Positions 12,158 through 25,234 of a stretch of 64,000 bases of DNA are shown here, piece by piece. Numbering within the stretch: the stretch's first letter is position 1; the number at the start of each line of letters is the position of its first letter. Location: positions 15,376,001 through 15,440,000 of the forward strand of contig JBHGNT010000016.1 in the NCBI GenBank assembly GCA_043228905.1, given 5' to 3'. The notes under the pieces are model-generated. The model searched no databases. It was not told where the DNA came from and saw nothing but the letters and a program-made list of their open reading frames with translations. Position numbers and translations under genes: made by a program. The stretch is from Azolla caroliniana (taxonomy: Eukaryota > Plantae > Polypodiophyta).

Positions 12158-12584
12158 CTGTACAGAGAGAGAGAGAGAGAGAGAGAAAGAGGTTGTTGCC
12201 TCTGTTGTAACCGCCGCCTGTGGCGAAGATCTGTGAGCACGAGGTCAGTGCCTCAGTGAACTCACTGTTGTATATTCTTACATAGTGACAATTTGCAGCC
12301 CGTGGGCTGCCGTGGTTTTTTCCCCCTAGTTTGGGGTTTTCCACGTTAAACCTCCTGTGTATTCTCTCCTTCTTCTTGTCGTGTTTTATTTCCCGTTTTC
12401 TGTGTATCATTCTAAGCTCGGTTGTGGCCGAGCGTCGCGCATAAGGAATGTTGGGTTCCCTTCATCACTTTATATAGTGACTATCCTAGGGCAACTGCCC
12501 TTTATGCTATTTACTGAGATAGCCCAAACTTGGGTTGTCCAAAGGGACAGTGTGAATACGGCCATTATATACTTGTATTCGACA

Positions 12585-14306
12585 AGGAGTACTCGGCAAC
12601 GGAAGACCCGGTGAGCACCGGATGAAGAGTACCCGGCAACGGAAGATCCGGTGAGAACCGGATGATGCAGGCCCAGTGAGAACCTCTCATCAGATGAAGG
12701 GACATATATGTAAATATGTTCTAGAGAGCCCACTAGGGCTATATTTGTAAATAGCTCGAAAGTCATATTAGTATAAATATGATCTAGGGAAAACAATATC
12801 TTTACTTTTTTGGGGGGGTTGTTATATTGTTGTAATTGTTGTATAGAGCGTAATAAAGAGACTGAGAGAGGGAGCGATATATAGAGTGTGTCTTTGCTGT
12901 AACTGCCGCCAGGCGAAGGTTGAGAGCAAGAGGTCGTTGCCTCTGTGCTCCCTGTTGTATTCCTTGACATAGTGATTGTTTGGAGTCTGTGGGCTCCCGT
13001 TGTTTTTCCCTCTCAGGGTTTTTCACGTTAACATACTATGTACCCTCTCTCACACATTGTCCGTGTATATGTGCATTTACTTTCATTGCCCATTTCTTCT
13101 GTGGTTGTGATTCTAATGAAGTGATTGAAGGCTCGGTTGTGGCCGAGCATTATTCCGCATATTCTTCTCAATTTGGTATCAAAGCAAATGGACACAGAAA
13201 AATGGATGATTCGTTGGGAGGCATGTTGAAGCTCTCCGGCTCCAACTACTCAGTGTGGAAGTCGAAGATGAGGGACATGCTCATGGTTAAAGATCTTTGG
13301 TTGTCAGTTCAGTTCGGGGACAAGAGACTGGACAAGATTGATGCCACGACATGGGAGGTGATGCACATGAAGACAACGGCATACATTTGGTGTTTCATCG
13401 ACATGAGCCTATACAACAACTTCAATGAAGAGAGCAAGGCTCATGAGCTTTAGGAGAAGATCGGCATTATGTTTCAGAACAAAAATGTTGTAAATCGGGT
13501 TTCGGTGTTTCGGAAGCTAGTGCGGCTCCGGTACCAAGATGGCTCCAGTATGGCGGAGCACATGAATGCCTTCTAGGGGCTGATTCACCATGCAACATCG
13601 TTGGAAGTACCTCTTGCGGATGAGGTACTAACATTGCTCCTACTCGGTTCCCTCCCAGATAGCTTGGAGACGTTAGTTGTCACTTTGGGCAACGCCGGGT
13701 CAGAAGGGAAACATATATTGCTAGCAAGGGTTGCTAGGTGAGGAGGCGCATTGGAAAGACAAGGATACGAGCTCCAACTCCAAAGCGCTCCTTACCGAAT
13801 CGGAACGCGGGAGACAAAGGAACCGTGGTCTCCAGAACCGGGAAAAGTCGGGGACACGGTCAAAGTCAAGGGGGAGGCCTACTTGCTTCTATTGCGACAA
13901 GCCGGGACACTTCCAGAAGAATTGTCGGCATTTCCGGAAAGACAAGGAAACCGACACTACCGATTCGAAGAGGTCACCGGACAGGAACGGTAAAGACCGG
14001 AGGGGACCGGACCGGAAGGGAATGATGACAATCGCGGCAAGTGAAGAGGAGTTGATGCTCATCACCGAGGAGAGTGAGTTGAACCTTGCCGGCGACAAGA
14101 CAACATGGGTTGTCGAATCCGGAGCATCGTTCCACCTTACCCCGGACCGGAAATGTTTCTCATCCTACACAGCCGGTGAGCACGGCTGTGTCCGGATGGG
14201 GAATGAAGGTACATGCCGAATTGTCGGCATAGGAGACATGTGGTTGACAACACCAATCGGATGCAAGCTGATGCTGAAGGATGTTTGACATGTTCCGGAG
14301 GTTCGA
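12585..14306 (+). mobile_element. Ty1/copia element C (B-like family), 5' half only
   Basis: Partial LTR to 13170, PBS TGGTATCAAAGC at 13174, and a degraded gag-PR from 13202 closely similar to B. A's LTR abuts it at 12585. Confidence 0.88.
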
Positions 14307-14381
14307 TGCGTGGACGAAGGACGAGGTATCCCGGATCCGGTAGAAGGCATACCGGTTCTTCCTATGAGACGGGAACATATG

Positions 14382-17300
14382 GAAGCTTTCCGGCTCCCCC
14401 TCATCGGTTAGCAACACATGCTCTGCATCCGGAAATCTTCGGGGGGCTCTTCTCTCCCGGAGAGGATATCTCCGTCCTTGGTTTCTGACTGTAGGTTCCT
14501 CCGTTTGTTCCTCATCCGAATCCAATTCAGGATCTTGTTCAGTTCCGGTGTCTTCTTCTTCTTCTTCTTCTTCTTCGGTCGGTTCGGTTTCCTGTCTGTA
14601 TCTGGCCGATTTGTCGAGTGTCATCCGGTTACCGGCTAACATCCGGTTTTCAACCGGGTATATCCTTTTGTCCTCAAGCCGGTTTTCAATGGATTATCCG
14701 GAGTTCGTTACCTTCTTCTCCGACTCCCAGTCGGCAATGGTCCTGTCTTCCATGAAGACTATGTCCTGACTTCGGAACACCTTTCTGTCGACCAGATCCC
14801 ACACCCGGTAACCGAACTCATCATCGCCGTATCCAAGGAATATGCATGGTCGGGACTTCGGATCCAGCTTTACTCTCTTGTCCTTCGCCACATGCACATA
14901 TGCGAGACACCCGAACACCGTCAGATGCCGATAAGACATATCCTTACCGGTCCTTACTTTTTGCGGTGAGTCTCCGTCCAAGGGTACTGAGGGTGATCTG
15001 TTTATCACATACGTCGCCGTCGTCAGCGCCTCAACCCAAAACGTCTTGGGTAACTTGGCATGTGCGAGCATGCTCCCGACTCTCTCCATTATGGTTCGGT
15101 TCATCCTTTTGGCCAACCTGTTTAGTTCTGGTGTCTTCGGCACGGTGAATTCGAGCCGGATTCCCTTCGACTGGCAGTACTCCTCGAACTGCCCTTGATA
15201 TTCTCCTCTGTTATCTGCTCGAACCGCTTTCAACTTCCGGTTGGTTTCTCTTTCCACTCTTGTGTGGAGCTCCTTGAAGACGGATAACACTTGATCCTTC
15301 GTCTTCAACGGTGAGACCCACAACTTCCGGATGTGGTCATCTATGAACGTCACGAAGTACTGCGATCTAGCATGTGACTTCGTGTCTACTTGACACTCAT
15401 CGGTATGCACTAGCTCCAGTGGTGCATTCCGTCTCATCGGTGGTCTTGACCGGAAGGAGGTGCGGTTTTGCTTGCCGGCCAGGCAGTCGGTGCACTTCTC
15501 AAGTTGCACGTCCTTCACCGGAATGAGGTTGACTTCGGCAAGCCTCTTCATCCCCTTCTCACTCATGTGACACAGTCTTTTGTGCCACAGCTCATTGGCA
15601 GTGTCGGATGCTACGTTCACTTCTTCCCGGCATATCCGGGCATTCATCAAGTACAATGTGTTGACCCTGCCGGGCTCGAGCCACTATTAAACTCCCTTTG
15701 CAGAACTTCATGACACCGTTCCAGATGCTACCTATGTAGCCTTCATCATCTAGCTGATCGGCTGATATCAGGTTCAATCGAACCTCCGGAACGTGTCAAA
15801 CATCCTGCAATAGCAACTTGTATCCAGTTGATGTCGTCAACAACACATCTCCTATGCCGATAATTCGGCATGTCCCTTCATTTCCCATTCGGACACAACC
15901 GTGCTCACCGACTCTGTAGGATGAGAAGCATTTCCGGTCCGGGGTAAGGTGGAACGACACTCCAGAATCGACAACCCACGTTGTCTCATCGACGGCAAGG
16001 TTCAACTCACTCTCCTCAGTGGTGAGCATTAGTTCTTCTTCACTTGCCACGATCGTCGTCGTTCCCTTCCGGTCCGGGCCTCACTGATCCGAACCGTTTT
16101 GGTCTGGTGACTTCTTCGAATCGGTACTGTCGGTTCCCTTGTCTTTCCATAAATGCCGATAGTTCTTCTGGAAATGCCCCCGCTTGCCGCAATAGAAGCA
16201 AGTGGGCCTCCCCCTTGACTTTGATCGTGTCCCCAGCTTTTCCCGATTCTAGGGACTCCGTTTCCTTTGTCTTCCGCGTTCCGATTCGGTAAGGAGGGCT
16301 TTGGCATCGGAGATCACCACCTTGTCTTTCCGACGCACCTCCTCGTCTTGCAAGCTTGACTTGACTCTTGCTAGGATAGTTGTTTTCCTTCTGGCCCGGC
16401 GTTGCCCAACGTGACAACTAACGTCTCCCAGCTATTCGGGAGGGAACCAAGCAAGAGTAGAGCAAGTACCTCATCGGCGAGAGGTACTTCCAACGAGGTT
16501 GCTTGGTGTATCAGCCCCTGGAAGACATTCATGTGCTCCACCATACTGGAGTCGTCTTGGTACCGGAGCCTCACTAGCTTCCGAAACACCGAAACCTGAT
16601 TAACGACATTCTTGTTCTGGAACATGATGCCGATCTTCTCCCAAAATTCATGAGCCTTGCCCTCTTCATTGAAGTTGTTATACAGGCTCATGTCGATGAA
16701 GCACCGGATTTATGCCGTCGTCTTCATGTGCATCATCTCCCACACCGTGGTGTCGATCTTAGCCGGTCTCTTGTCCCCGAACTAAACCGGCAACCAAAGA
16801 TCTTTAACCACCAACATGTCCCTCATCTTCGACTTCCACACTGAGTAGTTGGAGCCGGTGAGCTTGAACATGCCGCCGTAAAATTCTTCCATTTTCTGTG
16901 TTGTTCGCTCTGATACCAGTTTGACGAGAAATGCACGGAATATCGCTCAGCCACAACCGAGTAGTAAATCACTTCTATAAGAATCAAACACTGAAATGGG
17001 AAGTGGAGAGTACACAAGAAAAGTGACACAAGATGTTTACGTGGAAAACCCTAATAGGGAAAAACCATGGGAGCCCACAGACTCTGAACTATCACTATGA
17101 AGAGAAGGGGTACAATCAGAGACTCAAAGGCAATGACCTCGAGCTCTGTTTCTTCGCGCAGTGGCGGTTACAATAGAGTATCGCTCTGTATCTCTCTCTC
17201 TACGTCTCTCTTTGTACAACAGTTACAACAATATCACAACAACACGATCACACTCTAAAGTGATTGCCCTAAGTCATATTTATAGTTATATGAACTTAGG

Positions 17301-17530
17301 GATATTTACAAATATAGCTTCAATGGACTTATTCAAGACATATTTACAAATCTGTCTTCTCTTCCGGTTCTCACCGGGTCCACCGATCTGGTTTCCAAAT
17401 CTCTTCCGGTTCTCACTGGCTCTCTTCTGGTTCTCACTAGGTCTCCTCTGGTTTTCGGATCTCGTCCAGTTCTCATTGGGTCCTCTTTATTCATCACCAG
17501 ATCCCATCCGGAGAGACCGATTTCCCAACA
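14382..17530 (-). mobile_element. Ty1/copia element K (B-like family), 5' half only
   Basis: LTR 17530-16922 (TGTTGGGAAA..TCA), iMet PBS ~16918-16907. gag, PR (WVVDSGVSFH) and IN (ORF 14694-15656) run up to GEPESF. Confidence 0.9.
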
Positions 17531-17996
17531 CTCACGAGGAGGAAGAATCGTGTTGATTCTTGTTGTGAATGATGGGAGTACAACCATGTATTCCTTAGGG
17601 ATTATCAGGATCAGCCGATGCCTTGAATTCGACGGGATCAAAGCCTGGTTTCCTTGGCACAAAACAAGCAATTGCATTCCGAACATTGATCATATTCACA
17701 TTCAAAATTACAATTATGGATTACATATCCAATTCTAAATGATAAAAGGCATGCCCAAGGAATTGAACATCAACAATTTTTCCGATCTGATGCTGAAATG
17801 TCGCTTGAAGGAGATCTCTCAAATCTCCTCTATTCGGCCTTAAGCCTATAACCCTACACACTATTGAGTAGGAGTGTAGATGACTTACCTCTCTTTTTAG
17901 AATAGCTTCTTCTTCTGGCGTAAAGAAGACTATGAAAGCAGACCGTGGAGGAGTTGTCGGGGGCGTTGCGTCAAATTCCATGGTGCACCGTGTCAA
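17531..17996 (-). pseudogene. L1-type LINE ORF1 N-terminal fragment (DUF4283-like)
   Basis: IVCRVIGLRPNRGDLRDLL...IVDVQFLGHAFYHLEL, followed by FVPRKPGFDP in a shifted frame, resembles the plant L1 ORF1 N-terminal domain. Confidence 0.55.
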
Positions 17997-19019
17997 CCAT
18001 CTTCTTCCTCGTCTTCTACAACGTTCTCTTCAACATTCGTTGTCTAAATCTCTTGGGTTTCTGTTCATCTGCTCTACCTATGTTGAGCCCAAGAGCTTCA
18101 AGTTAGACCCTAGATGTGGGTAGTGTGACTTCAAGGATGAATTGATCCTAATTGAAGTGATATATTGTTTGTCTTGCTTGACCTCCTATTTTTCTAGATA
18201 TGTAGCATGTAGCACAAATGTTGGCATTGGCAATGTTGCAAACATTTTCCTATTAATTAACCATCATCATGAGAGACTTCGAGGCTACAAGAAAATGTTA
18301 TGTGGGACAAGGTTGTCATGCATGCTGATGTTGACTTTCTCATTTTCAAGCTAGGATCAAGGGGTAATGTGACTTTGAGGATGTTAACTAATTCTAATTG
18401 CACGGACTAATAAATGGGTAATGGGACTTTGAGGATGAAGTAATTCTAATTGCCTTGATATCGGTTCTTCACTCAACCTCTGAACTAGTTTATATTCGTC
18501 CAAACAAATGATGAGTAAAAACACAATGAATAACATGCTTGCATGTGACATGTGGAGAGATTGGAAGACTAATTGCTTTTCTCAAGTAGTCCTCAAAGGG
18601 AGTGGAGAGCAAGGAACTTTCAAGGCCGAGCATATAAAGAATAAGGTGTGAATTTCTAGAGTTTTTTCTATTACATTGATTTAATGTGCAAAGCAAGAAA
18701 AGCCATATGCACTAACCAAGGTCTAAGTAGATGTGCATGGTTGAAGAGAATAAATAAACATAATAAGGAAAGAAAATAGGTGTAGGTGATTACATTAATG
18801 TACCCATTGATGAGTACATTAATAAGATAAATGATCTGTGACACTTTTGATATTAGAAAGGGAATGTTTGGATTAACTACACAATAAAATAAAGTAGAAC
18901 AAAACAACTCAAATATTGATGGAGAGGAAACAATTAAAGGAGATTGTTTTTTAACACTTTAAATAAAATGGGTACAATCTTTTAGTGTAAATGTTATTGA
19001 ATGGGGGTTCGACATTATT

Positions 19020-20514
19020 GCCGACACTCTTGTCCTTCTTGAGGTGTTGACAGTCCTTCTGAAATTGTCCAGGTTTTCCACAATAGAAGCATGTTAGCTT
19101 ACCTCTGGACTTGGATCTGGCATTGGACTTTTCTCTCCTTGGTGGACTCCTTTTCCGGTTCCTTCATCTACTGGTATGTTGAGTCAAGTTTGACTCCGAC
19201 TGAGCCAGGACACCCTTGTCCTTCCTTCTAGTCTCCTCGTTCAAGATGCTTGTCTTTACCACTTGTAGAGACAAGTTCTCTTCTTAACACGAGGTGCTGA
19301 GAATAACCACTAGATTCTCCCAGCTGTCCAACAAGGTACACAATAGCAGGATGGCCTACATTGCATCTTCAAGTGGAAACTTTGTTGCCGCAAGTTGGTT
19401 CAAATACCCCATGAATGTGCTTACGTGTTCGACCATGCTTTCCCCATCCCTGTATTTCAGCCTCACAATCTTTCTCATAAAAAATGTTTTGTTGAGGGTG
19501 TTCTTCCTCTCATATAGGCCTAATTGCTTCTACCACATCTCATAGGCATTTCTGTCGTTTGCCACATGCTAATGGACACTTACATCAATGCATTGTCGGA
19601 TGGTGGCCACCGCCTTTCCTGTTGAGAAGTTTCCATTCCAATTCTAATACCCCTGTGTGTATTTCTGCTCTGTCGTTTGGCTCGTACAGGTCTTTGACTA
19701 TGAGAAGATCTTCCATCTTTTATCTTCCAATCTACATAGTTCTGAGAGTTTAGAACAATCATGCCTAGGAAGTCGTTAACACCCCCTTCCATCAACCTCT
19801 GCTCTGATACTAGTTTGAAAGGATTTTCTCCCTTTTACTCTTGAGAAGGACCGACTATGTGATTGACAATATCGCGAAAACACAAAAACACAACAAATAC
19901 ACAGTTTTTATGTGGAAACCCTAAAATGGGGAAAACCACGGGAGAACTAAGATTCCACTATACACAAGAGAATACAAGATAAGATCAAAATACAACACTC
20001 TCCACATGGAGTGTATCAGCCACACAAGGCTCTTGGCATCAAACCTCACTAGGCTATGGTGCCACTCTCACCTTCCCACCCACACACTCTCTCTTCTCTG
20101 TCAATCTCAACAACAAAGACTCACAACTATTCTGTTCTACACCCACACATTGTTTGCCTTAGATGTATTTATACTATTATACAATATTGTCTATTTACAA
20201 TCATGGTCATTATTATTATCTAATAATAATAATAGTCTTACTAATCAACTAACTCATCTGTCAACTATCGAGTTGGTCCAACTAGTCAGCCTGGTCATCG
20301 ACCATTCGGTCGGCCCGACTAGCCGGTGATGTCTTTGACCTCGATCACCTCTTGTCGACTCTCTCTCCTAGTCGACTCTCCATGTTGACGCTCTCAAAAA
20401 AAAGGTCAACTCTTTGACTTTCCTCTCACATCCGACTAATCGACTGCTCTATGTCTTTGACTATCGGCTATGGTGAACAGTTGACTCCTCCCACTGGAGG
20501 GACATATTCCCAAA
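19020..20514 (-). mobile_element. Ty1/copia fragment L: LTR (~19816-20514), decayed PBS and degraded gag
   Basis: TAGTATCAGAGC (mutated iMet PBS) at ~19812-19801; gag MIVLNSQNYVDWKIK; GTGGTTTTCCCC...GGGTTTCCAC LTR motif shared with B, C and K. Confidence 0.75.
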
Positions 20515-20519
20515 AGGTT

Positions 20520-23500
20520 GGAGGTGAAGGCAAGTACCACTAAGCCGACTCATTGAAAACGAGATCCCCGCTTACTTAGACCTCTTTCGTTCGGGGGTTA
20601 TAACACTTATAACCCTTTTGCTCATCCGAGTAGCCGACCAAGATACACTTCTCGGCTTTCGTGTCTAGCTTCCTACGCCTCTTCTTTGGCACATGCACAT
20701 ATGCAATGCTACTGAATACCCTCAAGTGTGCCATATTCGGCTTCTTCCCGAAGTACAGTTCATGTGGCGACACTCCATTTGCAGAAGTCTGATTCTGCAA
20801 GTGTATCACCGTCCTGACCGCTTTGGCCCAGTAGAACTTTGGCATATGCTTCTCCTTGAGCATTGCCCTAGCCGATTCTTCGATCGTCCAATTCTTCCTT
20901 TCGGCCACACCGTTCTGCTCCAGTTTGTATCTACAAGAGAATTCATATCGAATTCCCTCCTTCTACAAATAGCTAGAGAAGTGGTCGAAAAAGTACTCTT
21001 TTTTGCCATAAGACCTTAGGCTCTTGATCTTCCGACCGGTCTCCTATTCGGCAAGGCTTTTCACCTTCAAGCGAAGACTTCACTCTTCTTCGCGATCAAG
21101 CATGCCCAAGAGTGCCAAGTGTAGTCATCGATGAAGATTACAAATTAACGACTTCTGCCAATACTATTTTGCGTCGGTCCCCATACATCTGAATAGATTA
21201 AATCAAGGTTGTTTCGGCTCCAATTTCTTTCATTTGGGAACAAAAGTTGGTGATGCTTCCCTAACTGGCGGGCTTCGCAGACTTAGTTCTTTTGGCCACT
21301 AAATTTCGGCAAGCCGAAAATGATGTTCTTTGTCTAGATTTCCAGAAGCCATGGGAAGTTGATGTGGCCGAACCGCTTGTGCCACAAGTCGATATCAGGT
21401 TCAACATTTTGCACCTTGGTGAACACATCGGTGCCTACGTCATTCATTTCGAGGATGAAGATCCTCCCTTCTCAGAGCCCTTGCACACAATGATCTTTCC
21501 TTCTTATTCAATGAAACACCCGAGATGAGTAAATCGAACTTGCATGCCCTGGTCGACGATTTTTCCTACTGACACCAAGTTCTTTGTGATTGTCGGCACA
21601 TGAAAGACATTTCTCATGATTCCCTTCTGGCTAACATGGTTTAGAGGGACATCTCCGATGTGTTCGATCGGGTAAGGGGTGTCATCGCTAGTTTCGATGA
21701 CCCCCGGCTGCTCCGGTTTCTCCATAGTCGAGAACCACTCCTTGTGATTCGTCAAGTGGTTTGATGCACCCGAATCCTGTTATCCGTGGGACAAAAGGCA
21801 TGAGGTGTGAAAAGAATCTTAAAAGTAAAGTCTAAAAAAGGACGAGTAGTTCAAAAATGAAAAGGAGAAACAAGCCGAGCACTGGCAACCGAGGAACATA
21901 AACCAAAAGGCAAGCAACCGTGAATAAAGGCCGAGAATCAAGAGGAAGTAGCTAAAGCGCGTAGGTATATATAAATCGTTAAGAAGCAGAAGGAAAGGGA
22001 GACGGAAAATATCCTATTATGAGCCGAAGTGATTAAGTTTAGACTAGAAGATTGGTGCTAAGGAGAGAGAGAGAGAGAGAGAGTTACCGATTTATAATTG
22101 GTCTGTATTAACACCCTTGTAATCTTTTCTATTCCGTAAGCAATACATATACTATTGGGTCATTTCTGTGTCTGTCTCATCTAAATCCTATTCTCGATTA
22201 TGTTATTTAACCTATAAGACGTGAAGTGCAAATCGGTTGTAGCCGGTTATCATGAAACAGTTCGGCCCTACCTTAATCTCCTACACGGCCACGATTCCTT
22301 GACCCGATTACTCAGAGGAGTAATCTAAGGTGTTTCTCCAAGGGGGAGATAACAAATCTACATACCACACCTCGTTCGACCTTGAGGTGTTCACCACCAT
22401 CGAGTTGGCTTTGTGCTTCATTAAGAAGGTTGGGCCCATCTTGGCTCGCCCTGAGCCTTCAACATAGTGTGATCGCTAACGCCTATTTGCGTCTCCTCAG
22501 CTTGATCCGGCTTTGTCCGAGTTGGCTCTCTTTTTCCAACACTCGCTCTCCCTTTCGACCACAGTACCAACAACCCGTCATGACCTTTCCTTGCCGACCT
22601 CCACCGCAACCTTGACTCCCCCTACTCGTGGAGGGTCCAAAACTGTTATTGGCTCCTCCTCTATGCCTCTGGTTCTGCTCTTGTCGGCCGCCTCCATTGC
22701 ATGCCGACCCACCTCGTCCACCACAACCATAGGTTCTATCCTCCTCTATGTACAACGTTTTGTTGTCGGTGTGTGTGCTTGTCAACGCACCCAAGTGGTT
22801 TTCTTCTATGAGCAACATTGATTGTAGCTCGAAAAATGAAGGTGTATTCTTCCTCATGCAGACTACCATTCAGAATGCTCCAAACTTCAACGCCAACCCT
22901 CCGAGGAAAACCTGCACCATTTCTTCCTCCTCAATGTTCACATTGAAGGAGGCGAGGGAGTCATAGATCTCCTTGATCTTGGAGGTGTAGTTAGCCACCA
23001 ACATCTCTCTCTATTGGACATTGCTCAACTCTTGTCTAAGTTGAAGCTTTCTAGTTGTGGTGCTCGTGGCGAAAATCTTCTTCATATTTCCCCAAGCATC
23101 CTTCGGTGTCCTGGCATCCCGAATGTAGCTCAAAAGCTAGTTGCTCACATAGGATGCGAAGCAGTACAGAACTTTGCTCGTTGTCTGTTCCCAGGCCGGG
23201 AAATTTCTGTGTGTCGATTCGGGTGTTGTATTAGTAGCTCCTTCGACATGACTCCAGTAATTGTGCTCAAGCAGGTACTGGTGCATCTTGTACGACCAAG
23301 ATGCATAGTTGCTCCTATCGAGCTTTTCAGTCGGATTCTCAACCCTCGCACTGGGATACCATGAAAAAGTATTCGTGTGTGGAAGCGCGTGCAATAGACA
23401 CTAAGTACATAGTCGGTTGTTCGAAACTCGACAGTTAGCCTGTAAACACAGAGAATAGATATACAATGAGAGAGAAATAGAGAGGGCAGACAACAAAACT

Positions 23501-24008
23501 TCAATTTCAAATAATGAACACTCTGTACATACACCGTGCTCAGTGAGCACTTTTTATACAAGCTCTGACAAGTGGGCTCACACCAGTACCATCAGTACTT
23601 GAATGCACATAAATGAGCATGACACTAATTTTGCCTATATATTCCTATTTACTATAATAGGAATATAGACCCCTAACGGCCTTTCGGAATGCATCCGACT
23701 CGGCACACCCGAATCGAACTTTCTTCGATTCGGTTCTCGGCTTCTTCAACCGATTCGTCCCATGTTGAGCTTGTTTGTCAACAAGCTCAAATGCATTGTG
23801 ATGTGAGACAGGGCATTGGGGCATAAGTGATGAGAGTGATTGACTATGCACACTTTTCCCTAAACAAGTTCGAGAGTGTGAGTATCACACTTTGATACAA
23901 TGCTCTACCTTTGATCATATTCGACCATGCTTTCCACACATCTTCCACCAAGCCCAATCCTTGCACAAATTTCTCTCACAATTACAATGTGCACTCTTGA
24001 TTGCAACA
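20520..24008 (-). mobile_element. Ty1/copia element M (J-like family), 3'-truncated
   Basis: LTR ~24008-23362 (TGTTGCAA..TTCA), PBS TGGTATC at 23361, gag TEKLDRSNYASW, PR WYVDSGASNH, IN AERKNWTI..KCILVGYS. Confidence 0.85.
21778..22354. mobile_element. Solo LTR N (577 bp) inserted at the protease active-site codons of M
   Basis: Termini TGTTATC..GATAACA; TSD AATCC/AATCT; removing it restores WYVDSGA. Confidence 0.85.
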
Positions 24009-25234
24009 TTCATTGGTAAAGTTCTTGAACATCGAGAGTTGCTACTCACTTTCACACGTATCATGTGAACTGTAATTTTTTGGTCTCATTGGTCATATTT
24101 GACCTCTGAAGACGATTGTTGAGAATCAAGCTCAACTTGTATGAACATGTGCTTATGAAGAAAAGGACGATGTCGTGATGTTTCTAACACATAGTGTGAA
24201 ACCACCCTCGAAAAGAAGCAAAATAGTAGTTTACGTAAACTTTATTGGTAGCAAAAATACTTTTTTATTTTGCCAAAGATAATTTTGTATAAATAAAAGG
24301 TCAAAGGATTGAACCTTACAATAAATAATGATGAATATTAAGTTAGAGGCGGTTTTTAAAAGTAGACAAAAGTAGAGAAAAAGATGGACAGAAAAAAAAA
24401 AACATGTGGATATGAGGAGCACAGTAGAGAAAAAAGCTCATAATTTCTCGTCATATGTCCAAATTAGAAAAGGAAAGAAGCATAAGAGAGCTAACCCAAA
24501 GAGTTTTCCAAGAATATCTTGTATGTAAAATTTGGGGCTAGAAACCAGAAATAGTGAGGAAAAGAAAAGTCGACTCATATAGACAAGCGTTTTTTATGGG
24601 AAAAAGGCAAGCAATCCTAAACCTATAAATAAGAGCCTATTCTAGTGAAGGGAGGAGGGAGAAGGAATGCCGAAGCTCTACTCAGTTGGAAGGCAAAAGA
24701 AGAAGGATCAACAACATCGAGAGGCATCACCAACAAAGAATCACCTTCTTCTATATTCCACTCTCTTCTTTCCTCCACCTCTCTTCCCCCTTCCTTTATA
24801 AATTATCTCTCATATTCATATCAAACCCATTGTAAAATTGATTCTTATTTTATAAAAGAATCTATTATATTGTAATAAACTAATGTTTGGTTTTGCCTAC
24901 ATGTCTTATATGTTATTGTCATTTGTGCTTATTAGTTTGTGTGTCCTGTGACAAGGGAGCGTTTTGGGCTTGCCCATGCACCTCTCCTTTCACAAAGGCA
25001 TTCAAACTTACGTATCTTATATGTTATTGTCATTTGTGCTTATTTGTTTGTGTGTCTTGTGACAAGGGAGCGTTTTGGGCTTTGCTCATGCACCTCTCTT
25101 TTCACAAAGGCATTCAAACTTACATATCTTATACGTTATTGTGATTCGTGCTTATTTGTTTGTGTGTCTTGTGACAAGGGAGCGTTTCGGGCTTGCCCAT
25201 GCACCTCTCCTTTCACAAAGGAATTCGAACTTCA

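Larger units (their letters stand above)
4478..12464 (+). mobile_element. Ty1/copia element B (Tnt1/Tork-like) with internal deletion; TSD TCACT
   Basis: 5' LTR 4478-5087 (TG..CA), PBS TGGTATCAGAGC 5090-5101, partial 3' LTR ~12154-12464. TCACT at 4473-4477 and 12465-12469. Confidence 0.93.
706..12584 (-). mobile_element. Ty1/copia element A, 3'-truncated; 5' LTR (4264-4477 + 12470-12584) split by element B
   Basis: Minus-strand gag (3304, FDSSNFNFWKEQMQDYL), protease (WLLHSGASYHVT), integrase (VHSDVCGP..FIDDSTRK) and RT (CKWVY..YKARLIAKGFQQ) broken at ~706. tRNA-iMet PBS TGGTATCAGAGC at 4260-4249. LTR starts TGTCGAATAC at 12584. Confidence 0.88.

Noticed and set aside
18120-18455. Three degenerate GTGACTT(C/T)(A/G)AGGATG..CTAATTG motifs
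   Set aside because: Short, irregular and probably LINE 5'-UTR remnants; nothing further can be supported.
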